This document shows positions 30,632-40,547 of a stretch of 64,000 bases of DNA, in pieces (position 1 is the first letter of the stretch; the number at the start of each line of letters is the position of its first letter). The DNA is from an uncultured delta proteobacterium. GTDB taxonomy: Bacteria > Bdellovibrionota > FAC87 > UBA2466. The notes under the pieces are model-generated. The model searched no databases, was not told the origin of the DNA, and was given only the letters and a program-made list of their open reading frames with translations. Made by a program: the position numbers and the translations under genes. The stretch covers positions 1,824,001-1,888,000 of the forward strand of contig CAVZSV010000004.1 of assembly GCA_963778115.1 (NCBI GenBank), in the 5' to 3' direction.

Positions 30632-31171
30632 TTAAAGAGTGGCTTGACCAGGTTCCCAATTACACGGAGTCAATTCACCCGTTTGCAACGCTTTTAAGGT
30701 TCTTAAGACCTCTTTAACGTTACGTCCCACGGACAGATCGTTGACTGACACCCACCGTACGACGCCTTCAGGATCGACGATAAAAGTGGCGCGAAGCGGT
30801 ACTTGATCGATGGGATGCAGTATCCCTAGTGCATTGCTCAGCTCTTTCTTGTAATCCGATAACATAGGGAAGGTAAGTTTTTTGAGGCCCGCGTGATGGG
30901 TTCTCCAGGCTAAGTGGACAAACTTACTGTCTGCACTTCCCCCTATTAGTTGAGCGCCCAGCTCCTGAAAGCTCTTATGCTCTTTATTGAACTCTTCGAT
31001 CTCAGTGGGACAAACGAAAGTGAAATCGAGTGGCCAGAAGAAAAAGACCGACCATTTTCCCCGAATGGATTTTGAGTCAAGTTGTGCGAACTCTTTGCCG
31101 GGATCCAGCGACACGACAGCATCCGCGGAAAATTCAGGGAACTTCTCTCCGATACCAAGTAGACGATTCAT
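30632..31171 (-). CDS. ahpC: 2-Cys peroxiredoxin
   Basis: PLDFTFVCPTEI, RATFIVDP, GRN..E.LR, PCNW. Confidence 0.95.
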   Translation of the reverse strand: MNRLLGIGEKFPEFSADAVVSLDPGKEFAQLDSKSIRGKWSVFFFWPLDFTFVCPTEIEEFNKEHKSFQELGAQLIGGSADSKFVHLAWRTHHAGLKKLTFPMLSDYKKELSNALGILHPIDQVPLRATFIVDPEGVVRWVSVNDLSVGRNVKEVLRTLKALQTGELTPCNWEPGQATL

Positions 31172-31200
31172 CGTTATCTCCTTTTATTATTATTCTATTT

Positions 31201-31215
31201 TTAGACATATTCTAA
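31201..31215. promoter_or_regulatory. Fur-family (Irr/PerR-like) box upstream of ahpC
   Basis: TTAGA-CATAT-TCTAA. Confidence 0.6.
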
Positions 31216-31231
31216 ATTCGATCCAAAAAAA

Positions 31232-31666
31232 TTAGACCTTTCGGCCCGTTAAGATGACCTCGACTCCTCGAATCTGAAACTGCTTTCCTAGTTGGGGAAT
31301 AATTTTTAGCTGTTCGGGTTCGAGATCAAAAATTTCACCTGAAGACTCGTCCACGAAGTGATAATGCTCGTCTACCTTACAGTCGTAGATGACCTTATCG
31401 GAGTGAGGAAACCTAAATTCACGAATGAAGCCTCCCTCCACCAAAACTTTGAGCGTGTTGTAAACGGTAGCTAGACTGAGTTTTGGAAAATTCTTATCAG
31501 CCCAGTCTTTAATCTCTTCCGCCGTCGGATGATCGGCTTCACATAACAGATAGCGACAAAGCGCTATCCGCTGAGCAGTCGGCTGGATATTTTTTGAAAC
31601 CAATTTCTGTTCGATCTCAGCCGCTGAAAGTTTGGGGCGAGCCGTATGTGTCCGAGAACGTTTCAT
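31232..31666 (-). CDS. Fur-family regulator (PerR/Irr-like, no C-terminal CxxC)
   Basis: TAQR, HPTAEE, SLATVYNTL, HYHFVD. Confidence 0.9.
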   Translation of the reverse strand: MKRSRTHTARPKLSAAEIEQKLVSKNIQPTAQRIALCRYLLCEADHPTAEEIKDWADKNFPKLSLATVYNTLKVLVEGGFIREFRFPHSDKVIYDCKVDEHYHFVDESSGEIFDLEPEQLKIIPQLGKQFQIRGVEVILTGRKV

Positions 31667-31672
31667 CTAGCT

Positions 31673-31687
31673 TTAGAGTAATTCTAA
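31673..31687. promoter_or_regulatory. Second Fur-family box (probable autoregulation)
   Basis: TTAGA-GTAAT-TCTAA just upstream of the regulator start. Confidence 0.6.
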
Positions 31688-31854
31688 GCTTAGAAGGAAT
31701 CAATAGTGAGATTGTGAAATTTACTAAATATATGATTTTATATATTATTTTTGAAGCGGGCCCCTTCCCGAGCCCACAGGCTTCAGGCCAGCTCCCTTAC
31801 AAAAGCCCATTTTTCCTCCCCGTTTCCGCTATTCCGAAGTAAACTCTGGTCGTC

Positions 31855-32217
31855 ATGTTTCGTTACGCAATCATACTCACTCTTCTTATTTCAGGATTCG
31901 CAAAAGCTTCGTCGCAAACGACGACTTTGCAGTCTCCTTCTGCGCTTTACCGTGATTTGACTCCGACGGAAGCGCCGATTTTAGAGGAGCAGCCACCAAA
32001 GGTTGAAGCAGAAACGCCGAAACCGAAATCGGAAAACGCGAAGAGTTCGGCCTCAGCCCTTCCCCCGCTGCCCGCGAACGAACCTCTATCCGACTGGGCT
32101 AAAGACGCGCTTCTCGAATTGCCTCAGAACGATTCCGAACGAGAACCTGCAAGTGCTTCCAAGAAAAATACACCGAAAAGGAACAAACCCGCTTCCAGCG
32201 AAAAGGAACCTAACTAA
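31855..32217 (+). CDS. Secreted low-complexity hypothetical protein
   Basis: Signal peptide; P/E/K/S-rich. Confidence 0.55.
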   Translation: MFRYAIILTLLISGFAKASSQTTTLQSPSALYRDLTPTEAPILEEQPPKVEAETPKPKSENAKSSASALPPLPANEPLSDWAKDALLELPQNDSEREPASASKKNTPKRNKPASSEKEPN

Positions 32218-32218
32218 A

Positions 32219-32803
32219 ATGGCAGATTTTCATGAATCTTATGCGTCGGGAAAACCTCCGTGGGATATTGACGGGCCACAACCCGCGTTCGTTGAATTGC
32301 AGAAGAGAGGAGCTATCCAAGGCTCCGTTCTCGATGTGGGATGCGGAACGGGAGAGAACGCTCTTTTCTTAGCCTCTCAAGGGCTTTCTGTTACCGGCAT
32401 CGATATGGTTCCGCTAGCTATCGACCAAGCCAAACAAAAATCGCTGACCCGAGGGGTCTGTTGCGAATTCGCGGTGGGCGATGCACTCGCGTTGAAAAAA
32501 TTAGGAAAGCGATTTGATTCCGTCATCGATTCCGGTGTCTTTCACGTTTTTTCCGACGACGATCGAAGAAAATATGTCGAAAGTTTGGCTTCCGTTATTA
32601 AACCAAACGGAAAATATTTCATGCTGGTGTTTAGCGACAGTGAGATGCGCGAAGGAGGACCCCGCCGCATTTCTCGAAGAGAAGTGGGGCAGGCCTTTTC
32701 GCTCGGCTGGCAGGTGGAGTCGCTGAGCCCTACGCTATTTAGTAATACCCTTCATGAAGGGGGCAGCCGCGCCTGGATAGCCGTTATTCAGCGAAATGCT
32801 TAG
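32219..32803 (+). CDS. Class I SAM-dependent methyltransferase
   Basis: PPWDI..PQP, VLDVGCGTGE, FDSVIDSGVFH. Confidence 0.9.
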   Translation: MADFHESYASGKPPWDIDGPQPAFVELQKRGAIQGSVLDVGCGTGENALFLASQGLSVTGIDMVPLAIDQAKQKSLTRGVCCEFAVGDALALKKLGKRFDSVIDSGVFHVFSDDDRRKYVESLASVIKPNGKYFMLVFSDSEMREGGPRRISRREVGQAFSLGWQVESLSPTLFSNTLHEGGSRAWIAVIQRNA

Positions 32804-32868
32804 TCCTTGCCCTCTCATTTGACAGATGCCGTCAAAAAGGTTCCTGTAAAAAACAAGGGGAAGGGGAC

Positions 32869-33021
32869 ATGATTTTACTGGTTCCAAAATCTTCACGCTC
32901 AGATATCCACAACCAAGAAAAGGGATCCCGGAGCGAAATGGTGGCCATCGTCGGTATCATTCTAACGACGGCCCTGGCTCTGGGAATTTTGGTCGGTCGT
33001 CTTATGGGAACGCTAGGATAG
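32869..33021 (+). CDS. Small membrane protein (50 aa)
   Basis: AGGGG RBS; MILLVPK...MVAIVGIILTTALALGILVGRLMGTLG*; below the ORF-track cutoff. Confidence 0.5.
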   Translation: MILLVPKSSRSDIHNQEKGSRSEMVAIVGIILTTALALGILVGRLMGTLG

Positions 33022-33027
33022 ATTAGC

Positions 33028-34308
33028 TTACCGCTCCATCACCGCGACGGTTCCCATACCTCCACCGGTACAGATGGAAATCAATCCTTTGCCGCTTCCT
33101 TTTTCGTTAAGAAGTGCGGCCAAGGTAGCGATGATCCTCGCGCCCGTGGCTCCAAACGGATGGCCTAACGCCACACTTCCGCCCGCAACGTTTAGTTTCG
33201 CGCGATCGATACTGCCCAGGGGATCTTTCTTGCCCAGACGATCTTTGCAGAATTCTGAGGACTCCCACGCTTTTAAAGTACAAAGCACTTGAGCCGCAAA
33301 GGCTTCATGAATCTCATAAAAATTAAAGCTCTGAAGCGGCATCCCCAATTTGTCCAGAAGGCGAGACGCCGCATACGCCGGAGCCATAAGAAGCCCTTCT
33401 GTTTTTAGATCGATCGCAGCCGTTTCGGCCGCCCTCAAGTACGCAAGTGGAGTGACTCCTCGAGACTTAGCCCAACTTTCACTGGCTAATAGCACCGTCG
33501 CCGCTCCATCCGTTAGTGGTGAACTATTTCCCGCAGTTAAAGTTCCCGCACCCGTTCTGTCGAAGGCAGGCTTTAGTTTCGCCATCTTTTCCATGGAAGT
33601 ATCAGCTCGCAGATTGTTGTCGCGATCGATCCCGCGAAAGGATTGAATGAGATCTTTATAAAAACCCCGTTCGTAAGCCTTAACACCGTTTTGATGGCTG
33701 ACTAGCGCTAATTGATCTTGTTCTTCTCGAGCAATCTTCCACGTCTTTGCCATTAATTCGCAGTGCTCTCCCATACTGAGATGAGTCGTAGGCTCCACAG
33801 CCGCAGGCGCCTGTGGTTTCATCTCTCCTAAAGAGACTCCCTTCCATGTCGAGAGTTTGTCTTTCCAGGTCTTTGCGCGAGACATGCCCACAAAACGGCG
33901 AGAGAAATCTTGGCTCAGAAAAAGATTCACGTTACTCATGGATTCGGATCCACCCGCAATTCCCACTTCGATCTGGCCAGAGGCTATCTTATGAGCGACG
34001 TCGATTCCCGCATCGAGACTGGTGGCACAAGCTCGTTGCACGAAAACACCAGGCGTTTCAGGGGCCAGCGCAGTGTTTAGAACAACGTCCCGCGCAAAAT
34101 TCCAAGTGGAGGGCGGATAGAAGACCGTTCCTAGGGCCACTTCACCTAATCTCTCGCCCGCCAAGCCATATTTGGAAACCAACTCTTTAAGGTTTTCCGT
34201 CACCAGTTCTTGAGCACCCAGGTCAGAATACTGAGTTCCCACCCGGCAAAAAGGGAGGCGTATACCGCCAATAACACACACAGGTCGTTGAAAGAATGAA
34301 GTATTCAT
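33028..34308 (-). CDS. Acetyl-CoA C-acyltransferase (FadI-like thiolase)
   Basis: RACATS, EIHEAFA, GHPFGATG, CTGGG. Confidence 0.93.
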   Translation of the reverse strand: MNTSFFQRPVCVIGGIRLPFCRVGTQYSDLGAQELVTENLKELVSKYGLAGERLGEVALGTVFYPPSTWNFARDVVLNTALAPETPGVFVQRACATSLDAGIDVAHKIASGQIEVGIAGGSESMSNVNLFLSQDFSRRFVGMSRAKTWKDKLSTWKGVSLGEMKPQAPAAVEPTTHLSMGEHCELMAKTWKIAREEQDQLALVSHQNGVKAYERGFYKDLIQSFRGIDRDNNLRADTSMEKMAKLKPAFDRTGAGTLTAGNSSPLTDGAATVLLASESWAKSRGVTPLAYLRAAETAAIDLKTEGLLMAPAYAASRLLDKLGMPLQSFNFYEIHEAFAAQVLCTLKAWESSEFCKDRLGKKDPLGSIDRAKLNVAGGSVALGHPFGATGARIIATLAALLNEKGSGKGLISICTGGGMGTVAVMER

Positions 34309-34588
34309 GGCTTTTCTTTTAAATCTTTTTTCTTCCGAATGTAACCGAAAAGGGTAGCAATTGGGCGTCGCCCCATGTTACCTTCAGAGGTGAGCGTACC
34401 CATCCGGTGGGGAGAGGATCACCTAAAATGCCCTCCCGCGTGCAACGGACGTAAGCAAAAATAACTTACGAGGTCGCTTCCGATCAAAGAACCCGGCCTG
34501 TTTGATTCCCGCACGCAAATCCCACAGTCCACAATGATTGCCTAAAAAAAGAACTTGTACGTTCTCAGGCTACAGAGGTATTTCGCGC

Positions 34589-35767
34589 ATGAACGCGCCA
34601 CAAACTAACACAGATCCTATGGAACCTATATCCGACGAATCCTTCGAAACGTTCGAAACATTCCGAGAACTGAAATTACCGGAGTCACTGGCGAAGGCCC
34701 TTGATGCCATGGAATTTCTAGAACCAACGCCCATTCAGGCAAGAACCATTCCCGCGGCTTTAAAACACCGCGACGTTTTGGGAATTGCACAAACGGGAAC
34801 CGGTAAAACCGGAGCGTTTGGAATTCCCGTGATGAATGAACTTTATTTCAATGAAAAGGTCATCGCTCTTGTCCTAGCACCCACTCGGGAGCTAGCGGCG
34901 CAGATACACAAAGTCTTTAGAGATATGACCAAAGGGGTCGAATTCTACGGAACCCTGCTTGTAGGGGGCGAATCTTTTCGCCGCCAAAAAGACGAGCTTC
35001 ACCAAGGCGTCGATTACATAATCGCGACTCCCGGACGACTGATCGATCATTTGCAACAGCGAACCGTTAAATTGGATCGCGTCGGCATCTTAGTGCTAGA
35101 TGAAGTCGATCGCATGTTGGACATGGGCTTTTTACCGCAGCTCCGACAGATCATGAAACATGTCCCTGAAAAGCGCCAAACACTTATCTTCTCGGCAACC
35201 CTGCCGGATGAGATCAAGAAATTAGCCAATAGCTATTTGAAAGATCCCATTCGGGTAACGATTGCTTCGTCGAATCAAGGCACAGGCCACGTGACTCAGC
35301 AAACCGTCGAGACAATTCAGGGCAAGAAGCCTGAACTTTTGCTGCAACATCTTAAAGATCACGATGGAAAGATTTTGGTTTTCACCAGAACTAAAGATCG
35401 ATCCGAAAGATTGGCAAAGATCTGGATCGCAACGGAACTCAAGCCGGCCTGCTACATGGTGGCAGAGCTCAGGCCCAACGAAAGAAAGCTCTCGAGGCTT
35501 TCCGACGAGGAAATCCCCGAGTCCTGAGTCGCGACCGATCTCGCTGGAAGAGGTATCGACATCGACGATATTGCTCTGGTAATTAATTATGACCTTCCCT
35601 CAACGCGTGAAGACTACATTCACCGTATCGGAAGAACGGCCAGAAACGGGAAAGAAGGACTGGCTATCAGTTTTGTTACCCCTGAAGATGTCGATGCTAA
35701 ACAGATCATCACGGGGGTGAAACCAACACCGCGTGTGGTCTTTCGGAGCAGTCGACGACGACGCTAG
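34589..35767 (+). pseudogene. DEAD-box RNA helicase with two compensating indels (-1 near 35417, +1 near 35527)
   Basis: AQTGTGKT, PTRELA, LDEVDRM, SAT; LHGG in the shifted frame; [11 protein letters not shown] and [10 protein letters not shown] back in the original frame after a TGA. Confidence 0.85.
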
Positions 35768-35796
35768 CACGCGAAACAACTCAGAGGGGGTACGGA

Positions 35797-37398
35797 GTGG
35801 ATCGCGAATCCAACATTGCGCGATTAAAAGCGGAGTCTTTTGACCTCTTAGTCATAGGCGGCGGCGCCACTGGCACTGGCGTTGCCCTAGACGCCGCTAC
35901 AAGAGGACTTAAGGTTGCCCTTGTTGAACGGGATGATTTTTCCGCGGGAACTTCTAGTAGAAGTACTAAATTGATTCATGGCGGAGTTCGCTACCTCGAA
36001 CAAGCCGTTTTAAAATTCGACCGATCGCAATTTAAGCTGGTGAGAGACGCTCTTCACGAAAGAGCCACACTTCTTAAAATAGCTCCGCACCTTTCAAGAC
36101 CCCTTGCCATTCTAACCCCTCTTTATAATCGCATCGAAGTTCCCTACTACCGAACGGGCCTTCGTTTGTACGATAGACTCGCAGGAAAGGCCGCGATCCG
36201 TAAAAGCTATTTCGTGGGGGCTAAAGAGGCTCTACAGAAATTTCCCATGCTAAAGAAAGAGCGGCTTAGAGGTGGCGTAGTTTATTATGACGGCCAATTC
36301 GACGACGCTCGAATGAATGTCTCAATCGCCGTGACCGCCCATGAAGAGGGTGCCGCTATCTCCAACCATGTCGAAGTGACTTCACTGTTAAAACAGAATG
36401 GAAAACTTTGCGGTGCCACCGTGCGAGATAAATTGAACGGAGAAGAATGGGAAATTAAAGCCAAAGTGGTCGTAAACGCTTGTGGTCCTTTCGGAGATGC
36501 CGTTCGTAAGTTCGATGATCCCAAAGCGCTGCCCTTACTCACGGCGAGTTCCGGTTCTCACATCATTTTGGATAAACACTTCTCTCCGCCGTCTACGGGA
36601 CTTCTCATTCCAAAAACCGATGACGGGCGGGTTTTATTTTTGCTTCCTTGGTTGGGCCATACTTTGGTAGGAACGACCGACCATCCGGCTCCAATCGAGC
36701 CGAACCCTCACCCGACTACGCAAGACATCGAGTATATGCTTCGGCAACTCAAACGCTACTTTGCTCTTAAAGTAGAAGACACTCACATTTTGTCCTCGTG
36801 GACGGGGCTTCGGCCGCTAGTGTCTAATCCAAAAGCCGCGGACACCGCTCGCCTTTCGCGAGATCACGTCATTCACGAAAGCGATTCGGGACTCGTGACT
36901 ATTGCAGGTGGCAAATGGACCACCTACCGAAAGATGGCGCTAGATACGGTAAACCACGCGGTAAAAGTAGGAAAATTAAATCCCCCGAAAGCCTCCCAGA
37001 CCGAGACTTGTTTTATCGCGGGGGGAGCAGGATTTGACGTAAAGAATTATTCGAAGCTTGCCACTCAGGGAAAACTCGAATCCGATATTGCCAGGCACCT
37101 AAACCACGCTTACGGAGATAGAGCCTCCGATGTGGTCACCATCGCTTGTCGCGGACTGGGAGCGAGGCTTGCGCCTGGCCATCCCTTTATCGAAGCGGAA
37201 ATTGTTTTCGGGGCGAAAAAAGAATCAGCTCGTACCGTGGTTGACCTCTTAAGCCGACGTACCCGCCTTTCTTTCTTGGATAGGAAAGCGACTTTGGGTG
37301 CGATTCCTCGAGTGGCTCAGTTATTGGGCGAGACACTAGGATGGACGGCGGCGCAACTAGCTGCGGAAGTGGCGGAGGCGAATAAGATTTTGGGGTAG
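35797..37398 (+). CDS. glpD: FAD-dependent glycerol-3-phosphate dehydrogenase
   Basis: IGGGATG, GTSSRSTKLIHGGVRYL, GLRPL, GGKWTTYR. Confidence 0.95.
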   Translation: MDRESNIARLKAESFDLLVIGGGATGTGVALDAATRGLKVALVERDDFSAGTSSRSTKLIHGGVRYLEQAVLKFDRSQFKLVRDALHERATLLKIAPHLSRPLAILTPLYNRIEVPYYRTGLRLYDRLAGKAAIRKSYFVGAKEALQKFPMLKKERLRGGVVYYDGQFDDARMNVSIAVTAHEEGAAISNHVEVTSLLKQNGKLCGATVRDKLNGEEWEIKAKVVVNACGPFGDAVRKFDDPKALPLLTASSGSHIILDKHFSPPSTGLLIPKTDDGRVLFLLPWLGHTLVGTTDHPAPIEPNPHPTTQDIEYMLRQLKRYFALKVEDTHILSSWTGLRPLVSNPKAADTARLSRDHVIHESDSGLVTIAGGKWTTYRKMALDTVNHAVKVGKLNPPKASQTETCFIAGGAGFDVKNYSKLATQGKLESDIARHLNHAYGDRASDVVTIACRGLGARLAPGHPFIEAEIVFGAKKESARTVVDLLSRRTRLSFLDRKATLGAIPRVAQLLGETLGWTAAQLAAEVAEANKILG

Positions 37399-37444
37399 CG
37401 TTGGTCGAGCGTCGTTCGCCCTGCCTGCTCCTCGAATGACAGGC

Positions 37445-38803
37445 TCAAGGACGGACGTTTCCGGGCGTCCTTTTCTGTTTTTTCGTACTGGCCGATTGTC
37501 GATTGGCCCTGGCTCTCATCCGATTGTTTCGAAGTCTATTGACCATTGACCATGGTGTCCTGGCCTGTCGGTTAAAGGCTGGAAACCCCGCCATGGGAAA
37601 TTGAGACATGGGAATATCGCCCACGGGATTGAGATCGCCGTATGGAGTCGGCTCGTATTTCATGGGAGTCTCTTGCCCTGGTGTGGGAGCAAAGAAATTT
37701 CCGAACGGTGAAGGCTGAGCCATGTTTGGCATCTTCGCACCTTTATTCTGCGGTGATGCCGGAGGACTACTTGGGATTCCGGGCATTCCCTGTCCACCGT
37801 TCCCATCGCCTGGACCTCCTCCGCCCTGAGGCCCTCCGCGCGGACCCCCGTCCCCCTGAGCAAGATTGGGATTGGTACGACTAGGAACCTGAGAGGGTTG
37901 TTGTCCGAATCCTTCACAACGACCCAACGTCAATCCGTCCTCTGCTAAAGGATTAGTGACCGGACTGGTCCCATTAGGAGTAGGAGTGATGACAGGTGAA
38001 GTTCTCGAACTGTTTTCTCCGAATAAACTAAAGGCTGTCACTGGCGAAGTATCATTATCCTGGCCTTCTTTTTTCGCGGAATCAAAATCCCCTGCGGGCG
38101 GCGCCAAAGCGGGAGCCGGAATAGTAGGGTCGGATTTACCGGGTGTAGATGCCACGGAAGCGGCTAAAGCGGAATCTTTCGCGGCATTCGTAGTAGGAGC
38201 ATCTTTCGGTAACTCAGAAGCGCGCGCCAAGCCGGTGCGGCCACCGGAAGCGGCTATCGCCTGCGTTAAGATCCTCGCTAGATCCGGGTGAAGTGGCTTC
38301 CCAGGAACAGTCAAACAAACGGCAAAGGCTAAATGCTCCGCAGGCGACCATCCCGTCTGTCCCTGTCCCGAGTGGAGCGCGTCCTCTAGAACTCCACCCT
38401 TCTTTAATTTTCGAACAAGCTCATTGGCGATCGTTTGCGCTTCTTCCAATGATTTGGCGTTTCGGATCGCCAATGCTAAGTCGCTCATCGTCTGGGCCTC
38501 AAAAGGTTCTAAGTCATGATTTCGAACGGCACGCCCCTTAGAAGCTGAGGACAAAACTTGAAAAGTGGGAGCCGGCATTCGTCCCGGCCCATCGGCAAGT
38601 TCTCGCTGAGAACGCGGACCGGGCCGAACGGTGTCATCATGAGGAATGGTGTTAACAGAGCCCGCGATTGTACGATCAAATTCTGCTTTTTGTGCCGCGG
38701 ATTCCTGACCGCCCGTAGCTTGCGGGCCGGCTTCGTCGTCCCCAAACGTCACGCCCGAAAGCACAAGGGCACACAACATTAGATATAGAAATCGGCGAAA
38801 CAT
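37445..38803 (-). CDS. Secreted Pro/Gly-rich hypothetical protein
   Basis: Signal peptide MFRRFLYLMLCALVLSG; low-complexity C-terminal half. Confidence 0.65.
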   Translation of the reverse strand: MFRRFLYLMLCALVLSGVTFGDDEAGPQATGGQESAAQKAEFDRTIAGSVNTIPHDDTVRPGPRSQRELADGPGRMPAPTFQVLSSASKGRAVRNHDLEPFEAQTMSDLALAIRNAKSLEEAQTIANELVRKLKKGGVLEDALHSGQGQTGWSPAEHLAFAVCLTVPGKPLHPDLARILTQAIAASGGRTGLARASELPKDAPTTNAAKDSALAASVASTPGKSDPTIPAPALAPPAGDFDSAKKEGQDNDTSPVTAFSLFGENSSRTSPVITPTPNGTSPVTNPLAEDGLTLGRCEGFGQQPSQVPSRTNPNLAQGDGGPRGGPQGGGGPGDGNGGQGMPGIPSSPPASPQNKGAKMPNMAQPSPFGNFFAPTPGQETPMKYEPTPYGDLNPVGDIPMSQFPMAGFPAFNRQARTPWSMVNRLRNNRMRARANRQSASTKKQKRTPGNVRP

Positions 38804-38831
38804 GGACCTGGAACCCCCCAACCCTTAGGAA

Positions 38832-38847
38832 TGCACGCCGTTTGCCA
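38832..38847 (-). promoter_or_regulatory. Putative sigma-54 promoter
   Basis: Minus strand TGGCAA-ACGGC-GTGCA (GG-N10-GC). Confidence 0.5.
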
Positions 38848-39032
38848 ATTCCCGTAGCGTGAAAACTGTCAAAAAAATGCTCAACTCAAAGAGAGTTCCT
38901 TCTGTTTTTCTTTAACGTATTGAGTTCAAGCCGCTTTCTACGGCTACCCTGTAGACAGTCGAGTTCCATCGTGGAATACGGTTTGGGCTCTCGTGATTTC
39001 AACAGGTTAGCCCTTGTACCCAGGCCGTTGGA

Positions 39033-39070
39033 TTGACACCCCTTTACGCTTAGTGTACTTGCAACACTAA
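39033..39070 (+). promoter_or_regulatory. Promoter (-35 TTGACA) overlapped by an NrtR-type operator
   Basis: TTGACA at 39033-39038; palindrome TTAGTGT-N7-ACACTAA at 39050-39070. Confidence 0.75.
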
Positions 39071-39071
39071 C

Positions 39072-40547
39072 ATGAATTGGATTTCCACTTACGGGGGATC
39101 CCTTTCACTGCTCACTGACCTCTACGAACTCACCATGGCGTACGGATATTGGAAGTCGGGAATGCAAGATTGGGAATCCGTTTTCCATCTGACTTTTCGC
39201 CGCCAACCGTTTGGAGGAGGTTTTTCCGTCGCGTGCGGGCTTCAATTTGCGATCGATTGGATCCAAAGCTTTCACTTTCGCGAAGAAGATATCAATTACC
39301 TTTCTACGCTAAAGTCTTATGAAGGATCTCCTCTGTTCGAGGCCGATTTCCTAAAATACTTACAGAATCTGAAATTATCGGTGGATGTCGATGCCGTCCC
39401 CGAAGGGACTGCCGTCTTTCCTCATGAGCCTTTAATCCGCATTCGCGGGCCACTATTACAGTGTCAACTTTTGGAAACGATTCTTTTAAACTTTCTTGGG
39501 TTTCAAACGCTCATCGCCACAAAGGCCGCTCGGATTAAACTCGCTGCTCTGGGGGATCCGGTATTGGAATTTGGAGCTCGCAGGGCCCAAGGGGTGGACG
39601 GAGCCGTCAGTGCCAGTCGTGCGGCTTACGTCGGTGGCTGCGATGCAACGTCTAATGTTTTAGCTGGAAAACTTTTCGGTATTCCCGTTCAAGGGACGCA
39701 TGCCCACAGTTGGGTAATGGCTTTCGATAGTGAATGGGAATCGTTCGAAGCGTACGCCAAGACGATGCCCAATAACGTAATTTTTCTGGTCGACACTTAC
39801 AATACCGCTAAGGGGATCGATCATGCGATTCAGATTGGCCTTAGACTGAAAGCTCAGGGCCATGAGCTCTGGGGAATTCGTCTGGATTCTGGAGATCTCG
39901 ACGCCTTAAGCCGCGAAGCACGAACTCGGTTAGATGACGAGGGACTTCAGCAAACCAAAATATTAGGAACCAACGATTTAGATGAAACTCTCATCACAAG
40001 TCTCAAACAACAGGGCTCCAAGATTTCAGTGTGGGGAGTGGGAACCCAATTGGTAACTGCCGGAGCGGATTCTTCTTTGGGCGTAGTCTACAAACTCTCC
40101 GCGATCCGAAAGCCTGGCGAAAAGAACTGGTTGCCCCGATTAAAACTTTCCGAGCAGCCGGCCAAGATTTCCCTTCCAGGGACTCAACAAATCAGGCGTT
40201 TCAAAGACGGCCCCCGTTTTATCGCCGATACCATTTACGACGAAACGATAGGGTTCGGAGAGGAACACGGAACGCCCGTCCTGCCCACAGTGGCAACGCA
40301 GTACCCTAAAATCGGACCCAAGCAAGAGCACACGGATTTGCTCACCCCGATCTTTCGCAGCGGGAGACTAGTTTACCAAGCCCCTTCACTAGAACAAATA
40401 CGACTCCATCAAAAGCAACAGATGGAAGGGTTATCGCGCACCGTTAAGCGTTTTATTAATCCGCAAGTCTATCCCGTGGGGCTTGATATCGCGCTATCTC
40501 AGCTCCGTGCTAGCTCAATCGAACGGGCCAGAGGAAACTCCTTATGA
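39072..40547 (+). CDS. pncB: Nicotinate phosphoribosyltransferase
   Basis: LLTDLYELTM, EFGARRAQG, GTHAHSW, LVDTY, IRLDSGD. Confidence 0.95.
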   Translation: MNWISTYGGSLSLLTDLYELTMAYGYWKSGMQDWESVFHLTFRRQPFGGGFSVACGLQFAIDWIQSFHFREEDINYLSTLKSYEGSPLFEADFLKYLQNLKLSVDVDAVPEGTAVFPHEPLIRIRGPLLQCQLLETILLNFLGFQTLIATKAARIKLAALGDPVLEFGARRAQGVDGAVSASRAAYVGGCDATSNVLAGKLFGIPVQGTHAHSWVMAFDSEWESFEAYAKTMPNNVIFLVDTYNTAKGIDHAIQIGLRLKAQGHELWGIRLDSGDLDALSREARTRLDDEGLQQTKILGTNDLDETLITSLKQQGSKISVWGVGTQLVTAGADSSLGVVYKLSAIRKPGEKNWLPRLKLSEQPAKISLPGTQQIRRFKDGPRFIADTIYDETIGFGEEHGTPVLPTVATQYPKIGPKQEHTDLLTPIFRSGRLVYQAPSLEQIRLHQKQQMEGLSRTVKRFINPQVYPVGLDIALSQLRASSIERARGNSL

